Positions 29,791 to 38,724 of a DNA stretch of 64,000 bases are shown here, one piece after another. Every line of letters starts with the position of its first letter. The stretch's first letter is position 1. Location of the stretch: positions 62,001 to 126,000 of the IMG/VR virus record IMGVR_UViG_3300031963_000004. One strand, 5' to 3'. The position numbers were made by a program, and so were the translations under genes. Below the pieces are notes generated by a model that was given only the letters and a program-made list of their open reading frames with translations, ran no database searches and had not been told where the DNA came from.

Positions 29791-30057
29791 TTACTTACCG
29801 ATTTTTTCGTAGATATTTTTTTGAATATTATACCAGTCGTTCCAGCCATTTACTAGTACTGCACATTCATGATATGAAGTATAGTTATTAGTAATAGCAG
29901 TAGATAATTCACTCAACTTAGCGTCCTCCTTTACTTGCTGTAATGGGGGACATTTTTGTTTAAGCATCTCTGGAGCTTCAGGGAACTTGGCAGTCAATGG
30001 TACAGGAGTTGAACATCCTGCTAACATTAGTAAACTAATTAGTAGTATTTGTTTCAT
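29791..30057 (-). CDS. Outer-membrane spanin (o-spanin) lipoprotein
   Basis: Lipobox LAGC, Pro-rich segment, YHEC...WNDW; 4-bp overlap with the i-spanin. Confidence 0.8.
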   Translation of the reverse strand: MKQILLISLLMLAGCSTPVPLTAKFPEAPEMLKQKCPPLQQVKEDAKLSELSTAITNNYTSYHECAVLVNGWNDWYNIQKNIYEKIGK

Positions 30058-30503
30058 TTCGTTGGCTCCTGTGCCGCATCATTGTGAGCCTTAATAAACT
30101 CTTTAGGTATTTCACATGCTCCGCCGGGAGCAAATTTTGCATCGTATTTGACTATTTCTCTGTCAATATACTTTACAATATCTTTACCTCTGGTCTTAAT
30201 ATATTCTCTCTTAACTACAATTTTCTCAACAATTTTGGTATTTTCTTTTGCTGATTGAACTTCTGCTTCTTTAATTTGTTCGGATACCTGGGCGACCCTT
30301 AATTTCCAAGTATTTTCATTTAACATAGCACCTTCCATAAACACCCCGAAAGTAAGTAGTAACAATGACACAAGCTGGATTACAAGCTTGTATTTTTTAA
30401 TTAGAGGTACGAAAGATAAGAGGAAAGCTAGGAATAATCCTGCAACGCCAGCTAAAAGAATTGAATGAAAGACCCAGTCCGGGGTAATTGATAGTATCCA
30501 CAT
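30054..30503 (-). CDS. Inner-membrane spanin (i-spanin, Rz-like)
   Basis: N-terminal TM segments, coiled coil, C-terminal CEIPKEFIKAHN. Confidence 0.72.
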   Translation of the reverse strand: MWILSITPDWVFHSILLAGVAGLFLAFLLSFVPLIKKYKLVIQLVSLLLLTFGVFMEGAMLNENTWKLRVAQVSEQIKEAEVQSAKENTKIVEKIVVKREYIKTRGKDIVKYIDREIVKYDAKFAPGGACEIPKEFIKAHNDAAQEPTK

Positions 30504-30511
30504 AATATTAT

Positions 30512-30757
30512 TTATGCAGAAAGTATACCACTTAGGTACAGAATTGACATAATTATGTTAAGAATCCACATGCTAGGCTGACGCCAAAGAAACCCTAACC
30601 AGCCCCAAAGAAAGGCAGTTAATAGCCCAAAATACTTGTTGATAGGTACAAAATCATGACTGGTAAGATAGACTGTGATTAGTGCGAAAACTGTTGCTGC
30701 CCATTTTACATAAAAATCTATATCTTTTCCAAATAGTTTTATATCACCTTGGTACAT
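30512..30757 (-). CDS. Small multi-TM membrane protein (holin candidate)
   Basis: About three hydrophobic helices; adjacent to the spanins; start placed at MYQGD. Confidence 0.5.
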   Translation of the reverse strand: MYQGDIKLFGKDIDFYVKWAATVFALITVYLTSHDFVPINKYFGLLTAFLWGWLGFLWRQPSMWILNIIMSILYLSGILSA

Positions 30758-31709
30758 AGTATGGGCTGTTGATAAACCAGTCGTAGTACTTTTTAAACCC
30801 ATCTTCTACATTAACTTTGGGGGTGTAGTTGAAATCACGAATAGCTTTGTTAATACTTAATCTACCTCGTTTAGGAAAACTTAAATCTCTAGGCCCTACG
30901 ATAAGTTCCCCTTTACCTGCAATTTTAATTGCTAGTTCTGCTGCTTCTTTTAATGTCCAAAACTTATCAGCACTACGGGTGATATTGTATAACTGATTTG
31001 TTGTATTAGGGCTTAAGCTTGCTTGCACAACACCCTCTGCTGCGTCATCTACATAAGTAAAGTCTAACACTTCATCAGGACCATTTACTTTAAGTGTTTG
31101 GCCTCGTATTGCGCCTAGAACAAATTTGCTAACAACTCTATCTTCCACATCAAACTCGCCGTATACAGCACTAGGGCGAATAATAACATATTCAATACCA
31201 GTCCTGCGACTATAATCTTGTACAAGTTTTTCTCCCATAAGTTTAAAGATACCATACTGCCCTATGGGATTACATGGACTATCTTCTGTTACATCATGTT
31301 CAAAGTCTCCATAAACCATGCTTGAACTAATATAGACAAATCTCTTTACGTTATTTTTTATTGAGGCTTCTAATAGATTAGTAAGACCCTCACACATAAC
31401 TTTAGAACCAAGGGAAGGATCTGCCTCTACTGCCTTTTGTCTAGGATAACTAGCACAATGTATAACTAAATCAAATTTTTGTGTTTGAAATATTGTATCT
31501 ACATTTCTTTTATCAGTAATGTCAACCAAATAATTTGTATACTTTGAGATTTTATTCCTACGTTCCTTAAGTAGATAATCTATTTCAGCCTGAGGTATGA
31601 AACCATAATTAGTATGATTGTCTACAATAGACACCTCATGGTCGTTTTCTAGTTTACTAACTATGTTATGACCAATTAACCCCATTCCGCCTGTAATTAA
31701 TATTTTCAT
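30744..31709 (-). CDS. NAD-dependent nucleotide-sugar epimerase/dehydratase
   Basis: ITGGMGLIG, ISSSMVYG, YGIFK (YxxxK), DFTYVDD. Confidence 0.9.
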   Translation of the reverse strand: MKILITGGMGLIGHNIVSKLENDHEVSIVDNHTNYGFIPQAEIDYLLKERRNKISKYTNYLVDITDKRNVDTIFQTQKFDLVIHCASYPRQKAVEADPSLGSKVMCEGLTNLLEASIKNNVKRFVYISSSMVYGDFEHDVTEDSPCNPIGQYGIFKLMGEKLVQDYSRRTGIEYVIIRPSAVYGEFDVEDRVVSKFVLGAIRGQTLKVNGPDEVLDFTYVDDAAEGVVQASLSPNTTNQLYNITRSADKFWTLKEAAELAIKIAGKGELIVGPRDLSFPKRGRLSINKAIRDFNYTPKVNVEDGFKKYYDWFINSPYYVPR

Positions 31710-31942
31710 TCGTACTTTAACTTATAATATGTAAATTGCTCATCAGTCATCGTAGCTTCAATTGTATATTCCCAACCCCACGATATTGGTCTTGTACCTC
31801 TATGCCAAGTAGGGTCAATAGTATTTTCCATAACCCATTTACCTTTTTCTGATTGCTCAAATTCTACTAAATTTTGTGCAGCCCATAAATCAGGATCTTC
31901 AACGTCTCCCATATGAAATTGATGAACTACTACTTTTTTCAT
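31706..31942 (-). CDS. Hypothetical protein
   Basis: 78 aa; 4-bp overlaps on both sides. Confidence 0.6.
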   Translation of the reverse strand: MKKVVVHQFHMGDVEDPDLWAAQNLVEFEQSEKGKWVMENTIDPTWHRGTRPISWGWEYTIEATMTDEQFTYYKLKYE

Positions 31943-32796
31943 ACTGCCATTGTAGCTTTAATAGGCTCATGACATTGATAATCTTCTAAATGAATATCTT
32001 CCATTGTAAATTGTTCAATATCTTTAATATCAAAATTCAAGAATAATCTTGGCAAAGGATATTCTTCTCTTGAAAGCTGTTCTTTTACCTGTTCAACATG
32101 ATCCTTATAAATGTGTGTGTCACCCATACTAATTATTAGTTCACCTACTTTATATTTGCAAACGTGAGCAATCATGTGTGTAAGTAACGCATAACTTGCT
32201 ATGTTAAAAGGTAATCCTAAAAATACATCAACACTACGTTGATACATATGGCAGCTTAATTCATTATTCTTGTTAACGTAAAATTGACTCATTACATGAC
32301 AAGGAGGTAGTGCCATATCTTCTAATTCAGCAACGTTCCATGAACTAAGTATGTGACGCCTGCTATGTGGATCTTCTTTTAATTGAGTTATTAAAGTTTG
32401 TAATTGGTCTATAGCAACACGCACCGGTGGCTTATCAGTTTTTACCCAATCACGCCATTGTACTCCATAGATACGACCAAGATCGCCTTCAAACTTTGCT
32501 TTATGTTTCCAATACGGTGCAAGTGCGTTCCATGTCCATATTGTTACTGCACCATCACGTGTACCGTGTGTTATTTCTGCAAGTCTACGCTCGTCACTTG
32601 AGCCTTCAATGAACCAAAGTAGTTCACCGACGCAAGCTTTCCAAGCCAACTTTTTAGTTGTGATGGCTGGAAAGCCCCTACGCAAATCAAAGCGAATACT
32701 ACGTCCAAACACACTATAAGTGCCAACACCAGTTCTATCATCTCTGACCTCTCCGTTCTCTAAAATATCTTCTAATAAGTCATGATACTGTTTCAT
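31939..32796 (-). CDS. thyA: Thymidylate synthase ThyA
   Basis: DRTGVGT, ELLWFI, MALPPCH, YQRSVDVFLGLPFN, DTHIY. Confidence 0.97.
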   Translation of the reverse strand: MKQYHDLLEDILENGEVRDDRTGVGTYSVFGRSIRFDLRRGFPAITTKKLAWKACVGELLWFIEGSSDERRLAEITHGTRDGAVTIWTWNALAPYWKHKAKFEGDLGRIYGVQWRDWVKTDKPPVRVAIDQLQTLITQLKEDPHSRRHILSSWNVAELEDMALPPCHVMSQFYVNKNNELSCHMYQRSVDVFLGLPFNIASYALLTHMIAHVCKYKVGELIISMGDTHIYKDHVEQVKEQLSREEYPLPRLFLNFDIKDIEQFTMEDIHLEDYQCHEPIKATMAV

Positions 32797-33089
32797 AATT
32801 TGTTTAGTAATCTATCTGTTTGTGGTTGAACTGCTTTAGCAATATTTTCTACATTAAGAATAAATTCAACAGTAACAATACTTTCGTCTAACTCATCCAA
32901 TTTTCTATTAACAACTTCTTCAACTTGTTCATATTCAAGACCTTGTTTTAATAAGTTTTGAATGTTTATTGTTAACTGTTTTTTCTCTCTGAGTTTGACT
33001 ACTAATTTTTTTAGAAATTGTATGGGAATTTTACTTTTTTCAACATCTTCAAGTATGTGTTCCCATTTCTTATTAAACTCTGAATTCAT
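32793..33089 (-). CDS. Hypothetical protein
   Basis: 98 aa; coupled to thyA. Confidence 0.6.
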   Translation of the reverse strand: MNSEFNKKWEHILEDVEKSKIPIQFLKKLVVKLREKKQLTINIQNLLKQGLEYEQVEEVVNRKLDELDESIVTVEFILNVENIAKAVQPQTDRLLNKL

Positions 33090-33090
33090 T

Positions 33091-33747
33091 TTATGTTGTT
33101 ACTTTGGCCTTTGTTGCTTTAGTTTTTTTCGCAGGTTTTTCAGCTGGCGCCGGCATCATTGCTGCTGCCTCTTTCATTAAACGATCTGCCTCTGCCATCA
33201 AGCCTTTAGCTTCTCGGTTCATTTTTTCTGCTTGGCTTCTAAGATTTGCTGCTAAATCAGCATCACCTAATGCACCTTGACTAGCTTGTGCAGGTGGTGT
33301 ATTTTGTTGACCACGCATTCTTCTTGCAACCTCACCCGGACTTTGTAGTCCTGCCTGTTTATCTAGTTCGGCTAATTTTTTAACAGCAGCCTCACCTTGT
33401 TGCATTTCATTTAGAATTTTGTTTAATTCTTCTAATTTGATTTGTGTACCTGGACTTGGTGTCATCACTACTTGTGATGTTTGGGTTTTCTTTAGTAAGC
33501 CCTCACGGTGTAACATTTGTAATAGCAATTTACCATCTTGTGTAAATGTACGATTGAGTGCGTCAGCAAGATTTTCGCTGTTTTGCCCAATATCGCTTTC
33601 GATACATTTCATTAATGCATCATGAATAATTGCGTTTAATATTTCGGTATAAACTACTAAACACATATGTGGTTCATCAGGAATTTCTCTGAATACCACT
33701 GCTACTTTTCTGTCTCCGATTTTACCTACATGTCTGATAAAACTCAT
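33091..33747 (-). CDS. Hypothetical protein with a coiled-coil C-terminus
   Basis: 218 aa; AGGAG SD; TAAATA at 33775-33780. Confidence 0.65.
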   Translation of the reverse strand: MSFIRHVGKIGDRKVAVVFREIPDEPHMCLVVYTEILNAIIHDALMKCIESDIGQNSENLADALNRTFTQDGKLLLQMLHREGLLKKTQTSQVVMTPSPGTQIKLEELNKILNEMQQGEAAVKKLAELDKQAGLQSPGEVARRMRGQQNTPPAQASQGALGDADLAANLRSQAEKMNREAKGLMAEADRLMKEAAAMMPAPAEKPAKKTKATKAKVTT

Positions 33748-33819
33748 AATAATCTCCTATGCTTAAGCTAGAGATATTTACTATGAAGATAGTTTACAAA
33801 AATTTATTTCGGGTAAGAA

Positions 33820-34095
33820 TCAATTAGACCCTGACCAATATAATTCGTATAGGGTAGCGTCAGAGGTGCTTTCAAAATACACATAATGTTTATTATAGTC
33901 ACGCATTGATATGGGCATGCCTCTTATAGGCGAAGAGTTATCCATATCAATAGGACCTAATACAAACCTACCTGTTGTTTTATTGCGTATCCAATCTAGA
34001 CTATCTGTAGTAACCGGTGTAGGACACTTGACAAAATGCGGAGGTATTAAGGTTAATTCTCTATCTGAGTACCAAATAGCAGGATTGAGCATCAT
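33820..34095 (-). CDS. Small protein ending Y-x-L-x-W (family B)
   Basis: VYFESTSDATLYELYWSG. Confidence 0.6.
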   Translation of the reverse strand: MMLNPAIWYSDRELTLIPPHFVKCPTPVTTDSLDWIRNKTTGRFVLGPIDMDNSSPIRGMPISMRDYNKHYVYFESTSDATLYELYWSGSN

Positions 34096-34436
34096 ACTAT
34101 AACACGTTTTTCCGAATCAGTTGCGCGGTCACTATAAATTTGATGACCGTTTTTACGAATGTAATCTACGATGCCTTGAGGCGCTGCCTCAAAACTTTCT
34201 CGCAACATTGTTTCGGTTACATCTTCTTCAACATCAAAGACATAAATTTCGTAATTTCTTTGAGTGTTATTTCTTGCCCTTAATAATAAATGATTCAACG
34301 GAATTGATTCAGGCAATGGCAGTTCCATTAATGTGTTGTAGGTGCATTCTTGCATATACTGTGTGACATTGAATAGGCTTTCCAGCCCATAACAATCCCA
34401 CACAGCCAAATATTGATTACTCTTGCTCATCGTCAT
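34092..34436 (-). CDS. Hypothetical protein
   Basis: 114 aa. Confidence 0.6.
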   Translation of the reverse strand: MTMSKSNQYLAVWDCYGLESLFNVTQYMQECTYNTLMELPLPESIPLNHLLLRARNNTQRNYEIYVFDVEEDVTETMLRESFEAAPQGIVDYIRKNGHQIYSDRATDSEKRVIV

Positions 34437-34524
34437 TGCCTACTTTACTGACAAAGTAAGAAATACCATAAACAAAAATTCCAATCATACTCAAAGTAAG
34501 TAATACAGTTAAAATATCATTCAT
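34417..34524 (-). CDS. 35-aa single-TM peptide (not in the ORF track)
   Basis: MNDILTVLLTLSMIGIFVYGISYFVSKVGNDDEQE; AGGAG SD upstream. Confidence 0.6.
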   Translation of the reverse strand: MNDILTVLLTLSMIGIFVYGISYFVSKVGNDDEQE

Positions 34525-34537
34525 AATATTCTCCTAA

Positions 34538-35806
34538 TTATTTGTCATCATAAATTGCGTATGTACCAAACGGGGGATTAGGATTTTTGTCACCGTGAAT
34601 GATCCATGTAGTATCACAGTAATCTGGATCGCCCCAAGTACCGCAAGGATAACCATCTGTGAACACAATCAATCGTTTTGGTACGTTGCCTGCTTCTTTG
34701 AGATAATCAAAGATTACACCAAAGTCTGTGCCACCTCCACCTTGTGGTTCATATTCATCAATCGTATCAAGATTTTCACTTGTAAAATCTTTGCAGTTAT
34801 AAATGTCAGTATCAAAGCAGAATACATGAACTTTGTAACCATCAAATGCTTCCATCATGCCTGCGATTTCACTTAAAAAAGCTTTTGCTTGATGATCACC
34901 AATTGAACCACTCATATCAAGTGCAACAACTACATCAATTTCTTCGCCCGGTGTCATACCTGGCATTACTGCATCCATATGCCAACCTCTACGTGAGGGG
35001 CGCATCCAACTATAGTCAGTACGAATTGCACTAGTCAAGTTAGTTTGAATCAATTCACGCCAGGGCATAACTGGGTTGGTAACATCTTTGATAAGACGTT
35101 CAACACCTTTTGGCAATGAACCTGCTTCGGCACTTTGTGCAGCCTGAAGAATTGCCTGTTTCATTTCTTGGCGGGCTTGTTCACGTTCCTCATCAGACAT
35201 TTTGGGACGCTTACTTTTACCTTCACCTTCTTCACCATCATCACTATCACCATCACCATCCATGTGATCGTCAAGCATTTTATCAATGAGATCATCTAAT
35301 GAAATTTTTTGTACGTTTTTCATTAGGTCATCATAAATTTCTTCGGCTGCTTTACCGTCATACTTTGTTTCGTATAAGCAAGGTACAGTAGTAATAAAGT
35401 CACCGACTTTATGACGTTTTAGGTCTGCGTTTACTGCATAGTCATCAGCAATATTCCAAATCTGAGGATCACGTGTGCCTCGGCGACCCATATGATCGTA
35501 AACAACATGTAACACTTCATGCCCAACAAGAAACTCTACTTCTTTGGGCTTAAGCATCATGATGAATCTTGAATTGTAGTAAAACTTTTTGCCGTCAGTA
35601 GCAGCAGTGCCGCACCATTCATCAGCATTTACAAGTGTAAGCCTTGTTGCAAGATTACCAAAAAAACTATGGCGTAATAGTAGACCAATACGTGCAGTGA
35701 CCAATCGTTCACGGGCTGCATGATCTACTTTTGGATCAGTAGGTCCAATTAGATTGTCGAATTTTTTATTGCGTTTTTTCTTTTTTCCACCGATAACGTC
35801 ACTCAT
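34538..35806 (-). CDS. DUF2201-type metallopeptidase plus VWA domain protein
   Basis: TAATDG, HEVLH (HExxH), acidic linker, MIDAS DMSGS, GGGGTDF, FTDG. Confidence 0.88.
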   Translation of the reverse strand: MSDVIGGKKKKRNKKFDNLIGPTDPKVDHAARERLVTARIGLLLRHSFFGNLATRLTLVNADEWCGTAATDGKKFYYNSRFIMMLKPKEVEFLVGHEVLHVVYDHMGRRGTRDPQIWNIADDYAVNADLKRHKVGDFITTVPCLYETKYDGKAAEEIYDDLMKNVQKISLDDLIDKMLDDHMDGDGDSDDGEEGEGKSKRPKMSDEEREQARQEMKQAILQAAQSAEAGSLPKGVERLIKDVTNPVMPWRELIQTNLTSAIRTDYSWMRPSRRGWHMDAVMPGMTPGEEIDVVVALDMSGSIGDHQAKAFLSEIAGMMEAFDGYKVHVFCFDTDIYNCKDFTSENLDTIDEYEPQGGGGTDFGVIFDYLKEAGNVPKRLIVFTDGYPCGTWGDPDYCDTTWIIHGDKNPNPPFGTYAIYDDK

Positions 35807-35834
35807 ATTTTACTCCTATAATCTATTTTTTTGT

Positions 35835-35863
35835 ATTATAGCACCACATCGATTTACTGTCAA
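35835..35863 (-). promoter_or_regulatory. Early sigma70 promoter
   Basis: TTGACA-gtaaatcgatgtggtgc-TATAAT. Confidence 0.85.
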
Positions 35864-36066
35864 TGCAATTTTTTAGGGTCGATGGGTTCATCAAACATTT
35901 CATCTAATAGTTCCATTTCAATTGGGGTTGCCCTTTCTTCTAGTTCGCCTGATTCGGCTAGCCTTTTAATTTCTTCAACCAATTCATCAAGTTCTTCCTG
36001 TGACCCATCAAAATCATCAAAGCAACCTGGGACAAAAACTACCTTCATTTTCTTTTCTTCAGTCAT
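35860..36066 (-). CDS. Small acidic hypothetical protein
   Basis: 68 aa; lies between the MoxR and VWA genes. Confidence 0.55.
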   Translation of the reverse strand: MTEEKKMKVVFVPGCFDDFDGSQEELDELVEEIKRLAESGELEERATPIEMELLDEMFDEPIDPKKLH

Positions 36067-36151
36067 AACATACCTTTATAAGAAAAAAGGGTGAGAATAT
36101 TTCTACTCCCACCCAAATGGTATATTTACATATACCAGGAGCTACCCTAAA

Positions 36152-37249
36152 TTAGTTACCTGCCTCAACAATGTACTTACCATATTTCTTATGGAAGTCA
36201 TCAAAGTTTTTCAATTGACTGGGTTCAATCGGAAGCTTGTAAGTCTTAAGTGCAATTTTTGCACTAACGACAACTAGTTCAGTTTCAAAGTTTGCCATTG
36301 CATACGCAAAGAAATTGTCAGCCATTTCGTGGAACTTTTTCATGTCCACTTTCTTATTGTCAACTGCCTCTTTCAATTCATAGCACATTGAAATTGCCAG
36401 TGAGTACATAGCCGAAACTTCTTTTACTTGCAAATCCTTAACCTTACCGTTGAGAATATCAGTTGGCTCAGGCATCTTACCTGCAAGTTTACGGTGTGCA
36501 GCAAACTTAACTGCAAGACCTTCACCAATCGCACCACTGATAAGATTGAATTGAGTATCAGTGTCCGATGTTTCATCCTGCAATAGATCAGAAACAAAGC
36601 ACCAAGTACGGGGAGTAGCAAATGCGCGGCTACTGGATTTGTTGTCAAAGTCATACAAGTCTTGCTTAGCAAAACTCAAATAGCCAACTACATCCTTGTG
36701 AATTTTCTTGTCAACAGCCCACAACTGCCATGCATTAAAGTCGGGGCGCATTTCAAGGTGAACAAAACGATTCGCAAGCGGCATCGGCATACGATAAGTA
36801 ACACCTTTATCACTATCACGATTACCTGCTGCAACAATCACAACATTGTCGGGAAGTTTATATTTACCTACACGGCGATTAAGAATCAACTGATAACCTG
36901 CAGCCTGAACTGCGGGCGGTGCAGAGTTCATTTCATCTAAGAAAAGAACTACGATAGGATACTTACTTGCAAGTTCCTCATCAGGCAAATCAACTGGGGG
37001 TGCCCAATCCATTTTACCATTTTCTTTATTGAAGTATGGGATACCACGAATGTCAGTAGGTTCCATTTGCGCCATACGCAAATCAATCATAAGACCGCCG
37101 AGTTCTTCTGCGACCTCAGCAACTACCTCAGATTTACCAATACCGGGCGGACCCCAAAGAAAAACGGGTCGTTTAATTTTGAATGCGCTAAGCAATGCTT
37201 TGCGGGTTTGAATACTAGTGATAGTATGATTATCAGATACTTTTGCCAT
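36152..37249 (-). CDS. MoxR-like AAA+ ATPase
   Basis: GPPGIGKS, LFLDEMN, AAGN, PLANRF, ATPRTW. Confidence 0.9.
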   Translation of the reverse strand: MAKVSDNHTITSIQTRKALLSAFKIKRPVFLWGPPGIGKSEVVAEVAEELGGLMIDLRMAQMEPTDIRGIPYFNKENGKMDWAPPVDLPDEELASKYPIVVLFLDEMNSAPPAVQAAGYQLILNRRVGKYKLPDNVVIVAAGNRDSDKGVTYRMPMPLANRFVHLEMRPDFNAWQLWAVDKKIHKDVVGYLSFAKQDLYDFDNKSSSRAFATPRTWCFVSDLLQDETSDTDTQFNLISGAIGEGLAVKFAAHRKLAGKMPEPTDILNGKVKDLQVKEVSAMYSLAISMCYELKEAVDNKKVDMKKFHEMADNFFAYAMANFETELVVVSAKIALKTYKLPIEPSQLKNFDDFHKKYGKYIVEAGN

Positions 37250-37294
37250 TTACTGTAGCTCCTAAAAAAAATATAATTTACTGCAGGAATTTGA

Positions 37295-37323
37295 ATTATA
37301 ATATAAGTATGATTTACTGTCAA
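37295..37323 (-). promoter_or_regulatory. Early sigma70 promoter
   Basis: TTGACA-gtaaatcatacttatat-TATAAT. Confidence 0.85.
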
Positions 37324-37339
37324 AACTGTTTTCGCCCAA

Positions 37340-37492
37340 TTATTGGGTCGCTTCCAATTCTTGAATTTGTTTGTAGAGTTTCCAACGCTGGGCATCAAGT
37401 GCTGCATTGGTTTCTTCATCAAAGCAACCAGCCTGCTCATCCAAATGAACCAGTTCTTCGTACAATACATCAATTAAATTTTGGTCAGCCAT
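37340..37492 (-). CDS. Small early protein
   Basis: Start at MADQNL (37492) with a GAGG SD. Confidence 0.55.
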   Translation of the reverse strand: MADQNLIDVLYEELVHLDEQAGCFDEETNAALDAQRWKLYKQIQELEATQ

Positions 37493-37496
37493 AATT

Positions 37497-37721
37497 TTAC
37501 GCCTCAAACATAGCAGCAGATTGTGCTGCCAATTTTTTAATTGCACGACCAGCTGCCTCACGGCTATTAGTAAATGCATAATCATCACTGAGACTATTAA
37601 AGCCGTGATACAACTCCCACTTACCATCTACCAACCATTCAACCTTAACATCATATGCAGTATCGAACGGTGAACCGTCATGTACGATACGAACCTTACC
37701 AAAATCATTTGCTACATACAT
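37497..37721 (-). CDS. Small early protein
   Basis: Start at MYVAND (37721) with an AGGAG SD. Confidence 0.6.
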   Translation of the reverse strand: MYVANDFGKVRIVHDGSPFDTAYDVKVEWLVDGKWELYHGFNSLSDDYAFTNSREAAGRAIKKLAAQSAAMFEA

Positions 37722-37731
37722 ATTCTTCTCC

Positions 37732-38049
37732 TTATGCCCAAGTAATTTCTTTTGCGGGAAATTCAATCTTACCATCAAACTCAAGTTGGTCACGCTCAAA
37801 CTGTGTGAGGAATTCGTTATCAACCAACTCCCAATCAACGATTGTTTCTATGACATAATCGTCAGCCCGTTCAATTTGTTCACGCAAAACCATTACAGCG
37901 GTTGTTGCTTCTTCCTCATCCCAAATACCAGTGACAACATACTCATCGCCACCCTTAGCTTTCCAATAAGCGTCCTTACCTTTGCCGATAGAACCATCTT
38001 CGTTGAATGCGTAGTTTTCAAAAACTTGGGTATAAATGACTACTTTCAT
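37732..38049 (-). CDS. Early hypothetical protein
   Basis: 105 aa; AGGAG SD; own promoter. Confidence 0.65.
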   Translation of the reverse strand: MKVVIYTQVFENYAFNEDGSIGKGKDAYWKAKGGDEYVVTGIWDEEEATTAVMVLREQIERADDYVIETIVDWELVDNEFLTQFERDQLEFDGKIEFPAKEITWA

Positions 38050-38079
38050 GTTGTTCTCCTATTGTTTGACTATACCGTT

Positions 38080-38108
38080 ATTATATAACCTTTTGGATTT
38101 ATTGTCAA
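38080..38108 (-). promoter_or_regulatory. Early sigma70 promoter
   Basis: TTGACA-ataaatccaaaaggtta-TATAAT. Confidence 0.85.
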
Positions 38109-38121
38109 CCAAAAAGTGTTA

Positions 38122-38352
38122 TCAATCTAGCAACGTCATATAAGCTTCGGCGTTGTTGTCGATGAACCAATTGATGCCCTTGCGAACACCATTGTAATCG
38201 CCCATCAATTCGCAGCCCTTAAGATAGTCATAAACAGCGACTTCCTCAGGGGTAAGCATACAAGTTTCGCCCGAGAACGGGTTGCGTACTTCAACAGGCT
38301 CAGAGTCCATAATCTTGATACCGGGGAAAATCTGAAAAATTGACTTAGACAT
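38122..38352 (-). CDS. Early hypothetical protein
   Basis: 76 aa; AGGAG SD; own promoter. Confidence 0.65.
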   Translation of the reverse strand: MSKSIFQIFPGIKIMDSEPVEVRNPFSGETCMLTPEEVAVYDYLKGCELMGDYNGVRKGINWFIDNNAEAYMTLLD

Positions 38353-38382
38353 TTATCGCTCCTTGTTATTGACTATACAGAC

Positions 38383-38411
38383 ATTATATGCCCAAATGGA
38401 TTTATTGTCAA
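38383..38411 (-). promoter_or_regulatory. Early sigma70 promoter
   Basis: TTGACA-ataaatccatttgggca-TATAAT. Confidence 0.85.
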
Positions 38412-38608
38412 CCAATGGATTTTGTTGCTTTTTTAGCACGAATTTGCTGACTGAGTTTGCACGGATTGCTTTCTTCCCAGCCCCAAGATTTAGCGTTATT
38501 TTCTGGATTTTTGTTACAATTATTGTAAAGCCTTTTGGCTTGTGTTTTTGACAAGTTAGTTTCGATTCTAGCAGTACCGTCGGCAAACTCAACATAAAAG
38601 TTAAACAT
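38408..38608 (-). CDS. Early hypothetical protein
   Basis: 66 aa; GGAG SD; own promoter. Confidence 0.6.
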   Translation of the reverse strand: MFNFYVEFADGTARIETNLSKTQAKRLYNNCNKNPENNAKSWGWEESNPCKLSQQIRAKKATKSIG

Positions 38609-38639
38609 TTAGTAACTCCGTATCAATCACTGTAAAGAC

Positions 38640-38668
38640 ATTATATACCCAAACGGATTTATCGTCAA
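38640..38668 (-). promoter_or_regulatory. Early sigma70 promoter
   Basis: TTGACG-ataaatccgtttgggta-TATAAT. Confidence 0.85.
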
Positions 38669-38670
38669 CC

Positions 38671-38700
38671 AAAAAAAATGTTGCTAATTAGCAACATTTT
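38671..38700 (-). terminator. Terminator after the aminotransferase gene
   Basis: aaaatgttgcta-at-tagcaacatttt palindrome followed by an A-run on +. Confidence 0.65.
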
Positions 38701-38724
38701 CAACATTGAAACATTTACAATTTG

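Noticed and set aside
31939-32796. Base-modifying thymidylate-synthase homolog (dCMP/dUMP hydroxymethylase)
   Set aside because: It retains the dUMP-specifying Asn in GLPFNIASY and all canonical ThyA motifs.
38080-38668. CRISPR-like or iteron-like repeats
   Set aside because: The repeats are sigma70 promoters about 260-300 bp apart, each followed by an SD and ORF; no cas genes and no 30-40-nt spacers.
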